Source: Thermodesulfobacteriota bacterium (GTDB lineage Bacteria; Desulfobacterota; WTBG01; JAGOGO01). Taken from it: a stretch of 32,000 nucleotides of DNA. A program made the position numbers and the translations under genes. Below are positions 19,497-29,148 of this stretch, piece after piece; within the stretch, counting starts at the first letter, position 1; the number at the start of each line of letters is the position of its first letter. The notes beneath the pieces are model-generated. The model was given only the letters and a program-made list of their open reading frames with translations. It was not told the DNA's origin and did no database searches. Where the stretch lies: assembly GCA_026625185.1 (NCBI GenBank), contig CP113000.1, positions 1,125,622-1,157,621 of the forward strand, given 5' to 3'.

Positions 19497-20612
19497 ATGC
19501 TTTCTAATTTTTTTCTTTTTGATCGGCGTTTAATTACCCGCTTTGATTTAAGTCTTTTTTTTATTGCTCTAATAATTGTAGGGCTTGGGATTTTTAATCT
19601 TTATAGCGCGAGCGTTTCGCTTCACGCCGTCGGGTCTGTTTATAAAAAACAGGTTTATTGGCTTTTATTGGGGATTGGTCTTTTGCTCTTGGGGTCTTTT
19701 TTAAACTATTCGTATTTAGAGCAGTTTGGTTATTTTTTTTATTTTTTTGTTATCTTCCTTCTTATTTTGGTTTTTTTTCAGGGGAAATTTATTTCCGGGT
19801 CAAGGCGTTGGCTTTCTCTTGGTTTGTTTAATGTTCAACCATCGGAGTTTATAAAACTTTCTCTTATAATTATTTTGGCAAAGTGGTTTAAGAACAAATT
19901 TAATCCACGAGGTTTCAGCTTGTTTTTTTTATTTATTCCCGGATGCTTCTTGATCATCCCTTTCGTTCTTATTTTTCTTCAACCAGACCTTGGGTCTGCG
20001 CTTCTCTTGGTGTTAATCTTTTTTTCTTTAGTTTTTTTTGTAAAAGTTCGGTTTCAAACCCTCTTTGTTTTGTTTTTTTGTGCGTTTCTTTTTTCCCCCC
20101 TCGCGTGGAACTATTTATTAAAAGATTATCAAAAAGACCGGGTTGTCCATTTTTTAAACCCTTCCATAGACCCACTGGGGAAAGGTTACCAAGTTCTTCA
20201 ATCTAAGATTGCGGTTGGGTCGGGAAAGTTTTTTGGAAAAGGTTATTTAAAAGGAACGCAATCTCAGCTTAATTTTGTTCCGGAAAAATATACTGATTTT
20301 GTTTTTTCGGTTTTTTGTGAAGAATGGGGTTTTACTGGGGCATTAGTGTTAATTTTTCTTTATATTGGTTTACTCTTTCGTTTTTTATTTATAACATATT
20401 CTGCTAAAAACAGTTTTGGATTACTACTTGGATATGGGATAACTGCTTTGTTTTTTTGGCAAATTATCATAAATATTGGTATGACCATTGGTTTGTTGCC
20501 AACGGTTGGAATAACGCTTCCACTTTTTAGTTATGGTGGTTCTTCGCTCGCTATCTCTTTATTTTGTGTTGGGGTAATGATCAACATACACATTCAAAAA
20601 CATATTTTTTGA
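19497..20612 (+). CDS. rodA: SEDS-family peptidoglycan polymerase RodA
   Basis: 371-aa polytopic membrane protein with QPSEFIKL, PEKYTDFVFSVFCEEWGF and LPLFSYGGSS motifs of FtsW/RodA. It follows mrdA directly. Confidence 0.93.
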   Translation: MLSNFFLFDRRLITRFDLSLFFIALIIVGLGIFNLYSASVSLHAVGSVYKKQVYWLLLGIGLLLLGSFLNYSYLEQFGYFFYFFVIFLLILVFFQGKFISGSRRWLSLGLFNVQPSEFIKLSLIIILAKWFKNKFNPRGFSLFFLFIPGCFLIIPFVLIFLQPDLGSALLLVLIFFSLVFFVKVRFQTLFVLFFCAFLFSPLAWNYLLKDYQKDRVVHFLNPSIDPLGKGYQVLQSKIAVGSGKFFGKGYLKGTQSQLNFVPEKYTDFVFSVFCEEWGFTGALVLIFLYIGLLFRFLFITYSAKNSFGLLLGYGITALFFWQIIINIGMTIGLLPTVGITLPLFSYGGSSLAISLFCVGVMINIHIQKHIF

Positions 20613-20786
20613 GGTTAATAAATTAATACTATTTTAAAAAAGTAATTTTAGTGATATAAGATTTTTATTAGTTTTTTTTAAACAAAATAACAACAACCAT
20701 CTCCATTCTTTTTGTTTATTTTTTTTTAAATATTAAAAATAACTTAACCCTATTATGATGTCATTTTTTAAAGATAATAAATAAAT

Positions 20787-21935
20787 ATGGAATTTAAAAT
20801 ATCCTATAAAAAATTATTAAAGGCTCTTCAAAAAGTTCAAGGTATTATAGAACGAAGAGAAATCAAACCCATTCTTTCCAATATTTTAATAAAAGCAGGA
20901 GAGAATCAAATAGAAATAAGTGCCACAAACTTAGAGGTAAGTATAAAAGAATTTTTAGAGGCTGAAATTTTTGAAAAAGGTAGTATGGTTTTAGATGCTA
21001 AAAAAGTTTTTGAAATAATAAAAGAAATGCCGGATAAAGAAATTTATTTTAAGAAAAAGGAAAATAATTGGATAGAAATTACTACAGATAACATTTTTTT
21101 TAATATCGTCGGAGTGGATGCTAAGGAATTCCCTGAAGTAAGTTTTTTAGAAGAAGAAGAATTTCAGGAAGTTAATAAAAGAAATATAAAAGAAATGATT
21201 GAAAAAACTATTTTTGCCGCATCAAACGATGAGACAAGAGTAAATTTAAATGGGGTATTTTTTGAAAAAATAATAAAAGCAGGAAAAGATGTAATCCGGA
21301 TGGTTGCCACCGACGGACATAGACTATCAATGATTGATAAGGAAATAGAAGGGGACAGTAAAAAAGGAATCTTAGCAATAGAACCACTCCAAAAAGGGCT
21401 TCTTTTCCCCAAGAAAGGTCTTTTGGAATTAAAAAAGATGTTGGATGATGGTTTAGATAATCAAAACCTATTTCTTCTTTTAAAGCAGAATAACGGAATA
21501 TTTAAAAAAGAAAATATGATGCTGTCAATAAGGGTTATTGATGAAGAGTTTCCAAATTATAAACAAGCAATACCCGAAGAAATAAAAAATAAAGCGATTA
21601 TTGATAGGATTCGTTTTTTAAATTCTTTAAAAAGAATTTCAGTTATTGCCGAAGAAAGATCAAAAGCAATCAACCTGTTTTTTGGTAAAAATACACTGGA
21701 GGTTTTTACCATAAACCCGGTTTTTGGAGAAGGAAGAGAGACTATCTCAATAGGTTATGAAGGAGAAAATATTAGACTTGGGTTTAATGCGGGTTATCTT
21801 GTTGATAGCATTAATGCTATCGATGGAGAAGAGATTGTTATAAAAATAAAAGACAAAGACAGTCCAGTTACGATAACCCCATTAAACGACGATGAATATA
21901 CCTGTGTAATAATGCCGATGGAAATAAAGGAATAA
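20787..21935 (+). CDS. dnaN: DNA polymerase III beta sliding clamp
   Basis: 382 aa with a three-domain clamp pattern: PILSNILIKAGENQIEISATNLEVSI, ETRVNLNGVFFE, MVATDGHRLS, FPNYKQAIP, GFNAGYLVD, and a C-terminal MPM. Confidence 0.93.
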   Translation: MEFKISYKKLLKALQKVQGIIERREIKPILSNILIKAGENQIEISATNLEVSIKEFLEAEIFEKGSMVLDAKKVFEIIKEMPDKEIYFKKKENNWIEITTDNIFFNIVGVDAKEFPEVSFLEEEEFQEVNKRNIKEMIEKTIFAASNDETRVNLNGVFFEKIIKAGKDVIRMVATDGHRLSMIDKEIEGDSKKGILAIEPLQKGLLFPKKGLLELKKMLDDGLDNQNLFLLLKQNNGIFKKENMMLSIRVIDEEFPNYKQAIPEEIKNKAIIDRIRFLNSLKRISVIAEERSKAINLFFGKNTLEVFTINPVFGEGRETISIGYEGENIRLGFNAGYLVDSINAIDGEEIVIKIKDKDSPVTITPLNDDEYTCVIMPMEIKE

Positions 21936-22316
21936 ATGGAGGCCCTAAAAGAAGCAACCAAAAAGAAGTTTATAGCATCTGAAAAAAGGGCTTTGATTAT
22001 TTTATTTTTTTTGTCGGCGGCAAGCTTGTTGTTTGATTCAAAAAAGATTTTTTTTGGGGTGTTGATAGGGGGAGGACTTTCGCTGGTAAATATTGTGGTT
22101 TTAAGTAAGATAGGAGAAAAAATTTTTCAACAAACCAGCCCACGGAAAGCACCGGTGATAATAACATATATAATCAAAATGTTTATTTTATTCGGAGTAT
22201 TATTTTTTTTAATTGACCATGAAATAATAGATATTTTTGCCTTTATTGTTGGTTTTTCAATAATTCTTTTAATTATTGGCTTTGAAAGCATTTTTCCCTC
22301 GCAAAAAACCACCTAA
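21936..22316 (+). CDS. atpI: ATP synthase protein I-like small membrane protein
   Basis: 126 aa with an AtpI-like architecture: a TM segment, then FFGVLIGGGLSLVNIVVL, a basic loop, and two further TM segments. The ATG directly abuts the dnaN stop (TAAATG). Confidence 0.6.
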   Translation: MEALKEATKKKFIASEKRALIILFFLSAASLLFDSKKIFFGVLIGGGLSLVNIVVLSKIGEKIFQQTSPRKAPVIITYIIKMFILFGVLFFLIDHEIIDIFAFIVGFSIILLIIGFESIFPSQKTT

Positions 22317-22345
22317 TTATTATTAATCTTTTTTATCTTTTTAAA

Positions 22346-22567
22346 ATTACAAACCAATACCTAAAACAATACGGAATATTTTTAGCTCTTGCCTTTGATC
22401 TCGCCGCCTCTTTAGTGGGGGGTTTTGTTGTTGGATATTGGCTCGACAATCACTTTAATACCTTGCCCTGGCTAACGATAATTTTTTTTATAGGGGGGGT
22501 AGCTGCCGGAATAAATACAGGAATTTTTATAGTTAAGAAATATAAGAAAAATCTCACAAATAAATAA
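22346..22567 (+). CDS. AtpZ/AtpR-like two-TM protein (ATPase_gene1 family); start codon unresolved
   Basis: The frame is open over 22286-22567 and encodes ...LKQYGIFLALAFDLAASLVGGFVVGYWLDNHFNTLPWLTIIFFIGGVAAGINTGIFIVKKYKK. The GYWLD...PW...GG.AG pattern is the family hallmark. There is no ATG, GTG or TTG upstream of the first TM segment. 22346 is an ATT codon used only as a placeholder start. Confidence 0.5.
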   Translation: MTNQYLKQYGIFLALAFDLAASLVGGFVVGYWLDNHFNTLPWLTIIFFIGGVAAGINTGIFIVKKYKKNLTNK

Positions 22568-22579
22568 AATAAAAAATTC

Positions 22580-22608
22580 TTGACAATCATTTTTTGTAAT
22601 GATAAACA
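22580..22608 (+). promoter_or_regulatory. Candidate sigma70 promoter of the atpB-atpC operon
   Basis: Perfect TTGACA (22580-22585), a 17-nt spacer ending in TG (extended -10), then TAAACA (22603-22608). It lies about 57 nt upstream of the atpB ATG. Confidence 0.45.
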
Positions 22609-22621
22609 ACCCACGTCATAA

Positions 22622-22639
22622 TGAATGAATTTTCATTCA
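22622..22639. promoter_or_regulatory. Perfect 8-bp inverted repeat (TGAATGAA tt TTCATTCA) in the atpB leader
   Basis: Read directly from the sequence. It lies between the candidate promoter and the atpB start codon. Confidence 0.3.
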
Positions 22640-22664
22640 ATTTTAAAATAAAAGGGTTATCCCC

Positions 22665-23363
22665 ATGGAACACGGCTTTACCTGGTTTTCTTTATTGCCC
22701 TTTATTTCTGACGATCCGGAAAGACAGCTTGTATTTACCACTATTTTTATCGCGGCCGTTCTTTTTGTTATTTCCGCAAAGATTTTTAATTCTATAAAAA
22801 AATCACCCAACCCACTTATCCCTCAAAAAAAATTTTCTTTCCAAAATTTCTTTGAATTAGTCATTCAGGTAACCGTTAATTTAATGAAGGATATTATCGG
22901 GCCCCACTCGGAAAAATATCTTCCCTTAATCGGGAGTCTGTTTATTTTTATTCTTTTCTGTAACCTCTTGGGGCTTATCCCCGGTTTTCTTCCCCCCACC
23001 AGCAATCTTTATACTAACGCCGCATGCGCAATTATAGTTTTTTTATATTATAACTACCAAGGGTTTAAAGAACACGGGATAAAATATTTAAAACAATTTG
23101 CCGGCCCGCTTATTTATCTGGCCCCGCTAATGTTTGTCATTGAGATTATCAGCCACATTTTTCGACCGTTTTCTCTTATGGTTAGGCTTTATGGAAATAT
23201 ATCTGGTGACCATGCGGTTTTGGCTATTTTTTCAGGGCTGGTTCCTTTGGTTGTGCCAGTCGTTTTTTTAGTTTTGGGGTTAATGGTGGCGCTTATTCAG
23301 GCCTTTGTATTTGCAACACTATCAACAGTATATATAGGTTTGGCTGTGTCTCATGAACATTAA
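22665..23363 (+). CDS. atpB: F-type ATP synthase F0 subunit a
   Basis: 232 aa with the conserved stator arginine region (FRPFSLMVRLYGNISGDH) and polytopic TM segments. Confidence 0.95.
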   Translation: MEHGFTWFSLLPFISDDPERQLVFTTIFIAAVLFVISAKIFNSIKKSPNPLIPQKKFSFQNFFELVIQVTVNLMKDIIGPHSEKYLPLIGSLFIFILFCNLLGLIPGFLPPTSNLYTNAACAIIVFLYYNYQGFKEHGIKYLKQFAGPLIYLAPLMFVIEIISHIFRPFSLMVRLYGNISGDHAVLAIFSGLVPLVVPVVFLVLGLMVALIQAFVFATLSTVYIGLAVSHEH

Positions 23364-23390
23364 TAATTTTTTAAAGGAGGTTGGTAAGTC

Positions 23391-23720
23391 ATGGGAAAAT
23401 GGAAAACAGCGGTTATTATAATAGGGTTGATGCTTCTAATATCTTCACCGGTATTTGCAGAAGAAGGGACAACGGGTGCTGCCGATGGGTCGATGTCCAA
23501 AGGATTGATTGGTCTTGGCGCTGGGTTGGCAATTGGATTAGCCGCATTTGGTGGCGGCCTTGGTCAGGGCCGAGCTGCCGGCTCTTCTTTAGAAGGTATT
23601 GCTCGAAACCCCGGTGCATCTGATAAAATGTTTGTCCCCTATATCTTGGGGCTGGCTTTTATCGAATCCCTTGTGCTTTACGCTTTTGTTATCGCGTTCT
23701 TACTCCGGACGAAGATGTAA
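23391..23720 (+). CDS. atpE: F-type ATP synthase F0 subunit c, with an N-terminal signal-like extension
   Basis: The hairpin core is GLGAGLAIGLAAFGGGLGQGRAAGSSLEGIARNP...LGLAFIESLVLYAFVIAF. AGGAGG lies 10 nt upstream of ATG 23391, which supports translation of the 34-aa extension. Confidence 0.93.
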   Translation: MGKWKTAVIIIGLMLLISSPVFAEEGTTGAADGSMSKGLIGLGAGLAIGLAAFGGGLGQGRAAGSSLEGIARNPGASDKMFVPYILGLAFIESLVLYAFVIAFLLRTKM

Positions 23721-23721
23721 T

Positions 23722-24174
23722 ATGTTTTCTTCGGTTAACATCATAGGAATCGATATCATCCCCGGGTTGCTTGTTATTCAGGGGCTTATTTTCCTGTTTG
23801 TCTTGTGGTTTCTCAATAAGATTCTTTTTAAGCCTGTTTTAAAAATTATTCGGGAACGAGAAGAAAGAACCGAGGGATTTTTAAATCAAGCAGAACAGGT
23901 TGACGAAAAAGCTGAAAAAACCCTTGAGCTATATAATGAAAAATTTCGCCAGGCCAGAAAAGAAGCGGTCGAACTAAAAAGAAAAATAATTTTAGAGGGT
24001 GCTGAAAAAAGAGAAGCTGTGATAGATAAGGCCAGAAAAGAAGCCCAAGGGTTTTTGGAAGAAATGAGGAGAAATATAGCCGAAGAAGCCGAACGGACCA
24101 AAAAAACTCTTCACCAACAAGTTGATGCCATAGGACGGATAATGGCGCAAAAGGCCTTAGGAAGAAGCGTGTAG
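23722..24174 (+). CDS. F-type ATP synthase F0 subunit b' (first of two b-type subunits)
   Basis: 150 aa from the ATG at 23722: a single N-terminal TM segment (LLVIQGLIFLFVLWFLNKILFKP), then a long charged helix. The track ORF's upstream extension overlaps atpE and is rejected. Confidence 0.85.
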   Translation: MFSSVNIIGIDIIPGLLVIQGLIFLFVLWFLNKILFKPVLKIIREREERTEGFLNQAEQVDEKAEKTLELYNEKFRQARKEAVELKRKIILEGAEKREAVIDKARKEAQGFLEEMRRNIAEEAERTKKTLHQQVDAIGRIMAQKALGRSV

Positions 24175-24176
24175 GA

Positions 24177-24743
24177 ATGAATATTTTTTATCTCTTAATC
24201 GTTACGCTATGTGCTGCTGCGAGAGTTGCGTGCGCTTCATCAGAAGGAGGGCATGCCAGCCCGACGGATTGGATCTTTATTTGTGGCGTAATAAACTTTA
24301 TTCTTTTTCTCATCGTTTTGTATATTTTTGCCCTTCCCCGCATTAAAAACTTTTTTTCTGAGCGGAGCGGAAATATTCAGCAAGCGCTAAAAGAAGCCGA
24401 AGAAGCAAAAATCTTAGCGGAAACCAAGCTAAAGGAATACGAAAAGAAGATGGCTTTCTTGAGTAAAGAGATAGAGGAAATTCGCAAGGCCGTTGAAAAG
24501 GAAGGGGAATTAGAAAAAGAAAGAATTATTGCCGCCGCGGCAAAAGAAGCGGAAACAATGAAATGGCAGGCAAAAATAATTGCCGAACAAGAACTAAAAT
24601 ACGCCAAGGCAGCGCTAAGAAAAGAGCTCGCTTCATTATCTTTAGAGAGGGCTGAAAAAATTATAAAGGAAAAAATAAACGAGGATGACCACGCTCGCCT
24701 GGTTAAAGACTATATTCTCCAAATAACCTCCAAGGTAATCTAA
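24177..24743 (+). CDS. atpF: F-type ATP synthase F0 subunit b
   Basis: 188 aa: a hydrophobic N-terminus, a TM segment (VINFILFLIVLYIFALPRIKNFF), and a long Glu/Lys/Ala-rich helix. Confidence 0.85.
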   Translation: MNIFYLLIVTLCAAARVACASSEGGHASPTDWIFICGVINFILFLIVLYIFALPRIKNFFSERSGNIQQALKEAEEAKILAETKLKEYEKKMAFLSKEIEEIRKAVEKEGELEKERIIAAAAKEAETMKWQAKIIAEQELKYAKAALRKELASLSLERAEKIIKEKINEDDHARLVKDYILQITSKVI

Positions 24744-24747
24744 CGGT

Positions 24748-25284
24748 ATGCTAAATAAAAAGATTGCCCGAAGATATGCTCAAGCATTAATCGAGATCGG
24801 GAAAGAGAATAATCGGATTGATAATTTTAAAACCGAACTTAATAATTTTTCTAATTTGCTGAAAAAATTTCCCGAGTTCCAAGACGCTCTTTTAAGTCCG
24901 CTCTATTCAGCCGAAGATCTGAAAAAAACAATCTTGGGGGTGGCTGCGAAAATTAAGCTTTCGGAAACTATCAAAAATTTTTTGTGTCTTTTGGTGGACA
25001 AAAGAAGGATCCAATACTTTTCCGCCATTTTAGAGCTTTATGAAGACTTGACTTACCAGATTTCAGGATATGTGAAGGCTCGGGTAATAACCGCCCGGCC
25101 TCTTTCAACATCGGATTTAGAGAGCATTAAAAAGTCGCTGGAAGATATCACTCGAAAAAAGGTTCTCTTAAACAGCGTGGTTGAGCCGCAAATTATTGGT
25201 GGAGTTATAGCGGAGGTAGGAGATAAAATTTTTGATGGCAGCATAAGAAATCAACTCCAAAGAATAGGTGAAACGTTAATCTAA
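24748..25284 (+). CDS. atpH: F-type ATP synthase F1 subunit delta (OSCP)
   Basis: 178 aa. IARRYAQALIEIG N-terminus and a C-terminal IIGGVIAEVGDKIFDGSIRNQL. Confidence 0.9.
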   Translation: MLNKKIARRYAQALIEIGKENNRIDNFKTELNNFSNLLKKFPEFQDALLSPLYSAEDLKKTILGVAAKIKLSETIKNFLCLLVDKRRIQYFSAILELYEDLTYQISGYVKARVITARPLSTSDLESIKKSLEDITRKKVLLNSVVEPQIIGGVIAEVGDKIFDGSIRNQLQRIGETLI

Positions 25285-25299
25285 AAAGGATTAAGAATC

Positions 25300-26814
25300 A
25301 TGGAGATCAAAGCAGAAGAAATAACTCAGGTAATAAAAGAGCAAATTGGTAAATATGAAAAAGAAGTAAACATTAGCGAGGTCGGAAGGGTGCTCTCCGT
25401 AGGAGACGGGATTGCACGGATCTATGGCCTTCAAAATGTTATGGCCAACGAACTTATCGAGTTTCCTCACGGAATTATAGGAATGGTTCTCAACTTGGAG
25501 GAAGATAACGTTGGGGCGGCGATTCTTGGAGAAGACGTCCATATCAAAGAAGGAGATCTGGTAAAAAGGACAAACCGGATCACCCAGGTTCCCGTGGGCG
25601 AAGCGCTTATTGGCCGGGTGGTAGATGCCATTGGAAAGCCCATCGACGGAAAAGGAGAAATTGAAACTAAAGAATTTCGAAACGTAGAGGTGAGGGCTCC
25701 GGGGGTGGTGTACCGATCGCCCGTGAAAGAGCCTCTCCAGACCGGCATAAAAGCCATTGATGCTATGATTCCGATTGGTCGAGGACAAAGGGAGTTAGTC
25801 ATCGGGGACCGCGGCACCGGGAAAAGCATCATCGCACTTGATGCGATTATTAACCAGCGGGACACCGATGTTTTTTGTATCTATGTTGCTATTGGGCAGA
25901 AGCGCTCTTCAGTTGCCCGCGTGGTTGATCTCTTCGAAAAATACGGCGCAATGAAATATACCACCGTGGTGGCGGCGACCGCCAGCGAACCGGCCCCGCT
26001 GCAGTATATCGCTCCGTTTTCCGGATGCGCCATGGGCGAATTCTTCAGGGACACCAAACGGCATGCTCTGATTATTTATGATGACCTTTCTAAACACGCG
26101 GTTGCCTATCGTCAACTGTCTCTTTTATTAAGAAGACCTCCGGGAAGAGAGGCGTATCCGGGAGATATTTTTTATCTTCACTCCCGGCTCTTGGAACGAG
26201 CGGCAAAACTAAACGATGCGTTGGGCGGGGGTTCTTTAACCGCTCTTCCGATTATCGAAACTCAGGCAGGTGATGTTTCGGCCTATATTCCTACTAACGT
26301 GATATCTATTACCGATGGCCAGATCTATCTGGAACCGGAGCTTTTCTATTCCGGGATAAGGCCCGCAATTAATGTTGGTCTTTCGGTTTCTCGAGTTGGA
26401 GGAAACGCCCAAAACAAGGCAATGAAAAAGATCGCTGGAAGCCTTCGGCTTGATTTAGCGCAGTTTCGAGAGCTGGCAGCATTCGCGAAGTTTGGAAGCG
26501 ACCTTGACAAAGCCACTCAGGCCCAGCTTGCCCGCGGAAGTCGCCTGGTTGAACTCTTGAAGCAAGGGCAATACAGTCCGCTCCCGGTAGAAAGACAAAT
26601 TGTTGTCATTTATGCCGGCACCCAGGGGCACGTGGATGCCTACCCGGAATCGTGTTTGGCCCGTTTTGAAGCTGAACTTTCTGATTTTCTTGAAAATAAT
26701 TACAAAAGCCTGTTGGAGGAAATCAAGACCAAAAAAGAATTAACTGAGGATATTGACAAAAAACTTAAAGAAGCGCTTGCAAAATTTAAAGAAAAATTTG
26801 TCGTTGAAGAATAA
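25300..26814 (+). CDS. atpA: F-type ATP synthase F1 subunit alpha
   Basis: Walker A GDRGTGKS, then RELVIGDR and [45 protein letters not shown]. Confidence 0.98.
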   Translation: MEIKAEEITQVIKEQIGKYEKEVNISEVGRVLSVGDGIARIYGLQNVMANELIEFPHGIIGMVLNLEEDNVGAAILGEDVHIKEGDLVKRTNRITQVPVGEALIGRVVDAIGKPIDGKGEIETKEFRNVEVRAPGVVYRSPVKEPLQTGIKAIDAMIPIGRGQRELVIGDRGTGKSIIALDAIINQRDTDVFCIYVAIGQKRSSVARVVDLFEKYGAMKYTTVVAATASEPAPLQYIAPFSGCAMGEFFRDTKRHALIIYDDLSKHAVAYRQLSLLLRRPPGREAYPGDIFYLHSRLLERAAKLNDALGGGSLTALPIIETQAGDVSAYIPTNVISITDGQIYLEPELFYSGIRPAINVGLSVSRVGGNAQNKAMKKIAGSLRLDLAQFRELAAFAKFGSDLDKATQAQLARGSRLVELLKQGQYSPLPVERQIVVIYAGTQGHVDAYPESCLARFEAELSDFLENNYKSLLEEIKTKKELTEDIDKKLKEALAKFKEKFVVEE

Positions 26815-27686
26815 TGGCAACACTAAGAACAATAAGAAGACGAATCGCTAGCGTAAAAAATACGCAGACCATTACCAAGGCCATGCAAATGGTCTCGGCC
26901 GCAAAATTGCGGAAAGCCCAGGAGAAAGCTTTAAAAGCCCGGCCGTTTGCTGAGGCGACAAAGCATTTGGTGCTGGAGATGTGCAAGGGGATGACCCCTG
27001 AAGACCACCCTTTCTTTGTTTCCAGCGAAGAAAAGAAACGTCTGGGAATTATACTGGTTACCAGCGACAAGGGGTTGTGCGGATCTTTTAACAACAACAT
27101 AATTTTTAGGGTTGAACGAGACCTGCGAAAAGCCCAAGGGGGCCTGGGAAAAACATCCTTCCTTATGGTGGGGAAAAAAGGGGGAGACTTTTTTTCTAAG
27201 AGGAATTTTGAAATAAAAAAGAAATACCTCGAAGACCGTGAAAGAACTAATTATGAATTAGCCGCGGAGATTGCCAGGGAAGCAAAAAATTATTTTTTAA
27301 CCGGTGAATGGAATGAGGTTCATCTTTATTATTCTGCTTTTAAATCAGTCATCAAATACGAGATCACCCAAGAAACAATCCTGCCTATTCCCACTGCCCC
27401 GACAGGGTTAGAAGCTGAGGCCATCAAGGATTATATTTTTGAACCAAATCAAAAAGAAATTTTAGATCAGCTTCTCCCAAAGTTTCTTGAGATCCGGATA
27501 TTGAAAGCCATCCTGGAGTCTCAGACCAGCGAATATGCTGCCCGGATGGCCGCCATGGATACTGCTTCTAATAATTGTAGAGAGCTGATCACCGATTTGA
27601 CCTTGATTTATAACAAAGCAAGACAAGCTGCCATAACCAAGGAGCTTTTAGATATCGTTGGTGGAGCCGAAGCTTTAAAAAAATAA
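26814..27686 (+). CDS. atpG: F-type ATP synthase F1 subunit gamma
   Basis: RRIASVKNTQTITKAMQMVSAAKLRKAQ N-terminus and a C-terminal NKARQAAITKELLDIVGGAEAL. TAATG overlap with atpA. Confidence 0.95.
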   Translation: MATLRTIRRRIASVKNTQTITKAMQMVSAAKLRKAQEKALKARPFAEATKHLVLEMCKGMTPEDHPFFVSSEEKKRLGIILVTSDKGLCGSFNNNIIFRVERDLRKAQGGLGKTSFLMVGKKGGDFFSKRNFEIKKKYLEDRERTNYELAAEIAREAKNYFLTGEWNEVHLYYSAFKSVIKYEITQETILPIPTAPTGLEAEAIKDYIFEPNQKEILDQLLPKFLEIRILKAILESQTSEYAARMAAMDTASNNCRELITDLTLIYNKARQAAITKELLDIVGGAEALKK

Positions 27687-27709
27687 CTCGTATCCTTTAA
27701 GGAGGATAA

Positions 27710-29137
<1,428 letters not shown>

Positions 29138-29148
29138 AAGAGACCAAC

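Noticed and set aside
20613-20786. Replication origin (oriC) in the AT-rich spacer upstream of dnaN
   Set aside because: No TTATNCACA/TGTGNATAA DnaA boxes are visible in this spacer, and no dnaA gene is adjacent. AT-richness alone is insufficient.
22657-22665. DnaA-box-like TTATCCCCA just before atpB
   Set aside because: It is a single one-mismatch 9-mer that overlaps the atpB start codon. Most likely coincidence.
23381-23721. 80-aa ORF (23381-23623) and the N-terminal extension of the 191-aa ORF (23599-23721), both overlapping atpE
   Set aside because: Both are out-of-frame overlaps of the strongly supported c-subunit gene. The b' subunit has a proper ATG at 23722, right after the atpE stop.
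25291-25865. Long antisense ORFs opposite atpA (165 aa and 132 aa). Similar antisense ORFs lie opposite uvrB (4736-5125), infB (12061-12456), atpD/atpC (29031-29420) and the M24 peptidase (29616-30086, 30163-30561).
   Set aside because: All lie fully inside high-confidence genes on the other strand, lack motifs, and have skewed low-complexity compositions. Expected shadow frames.
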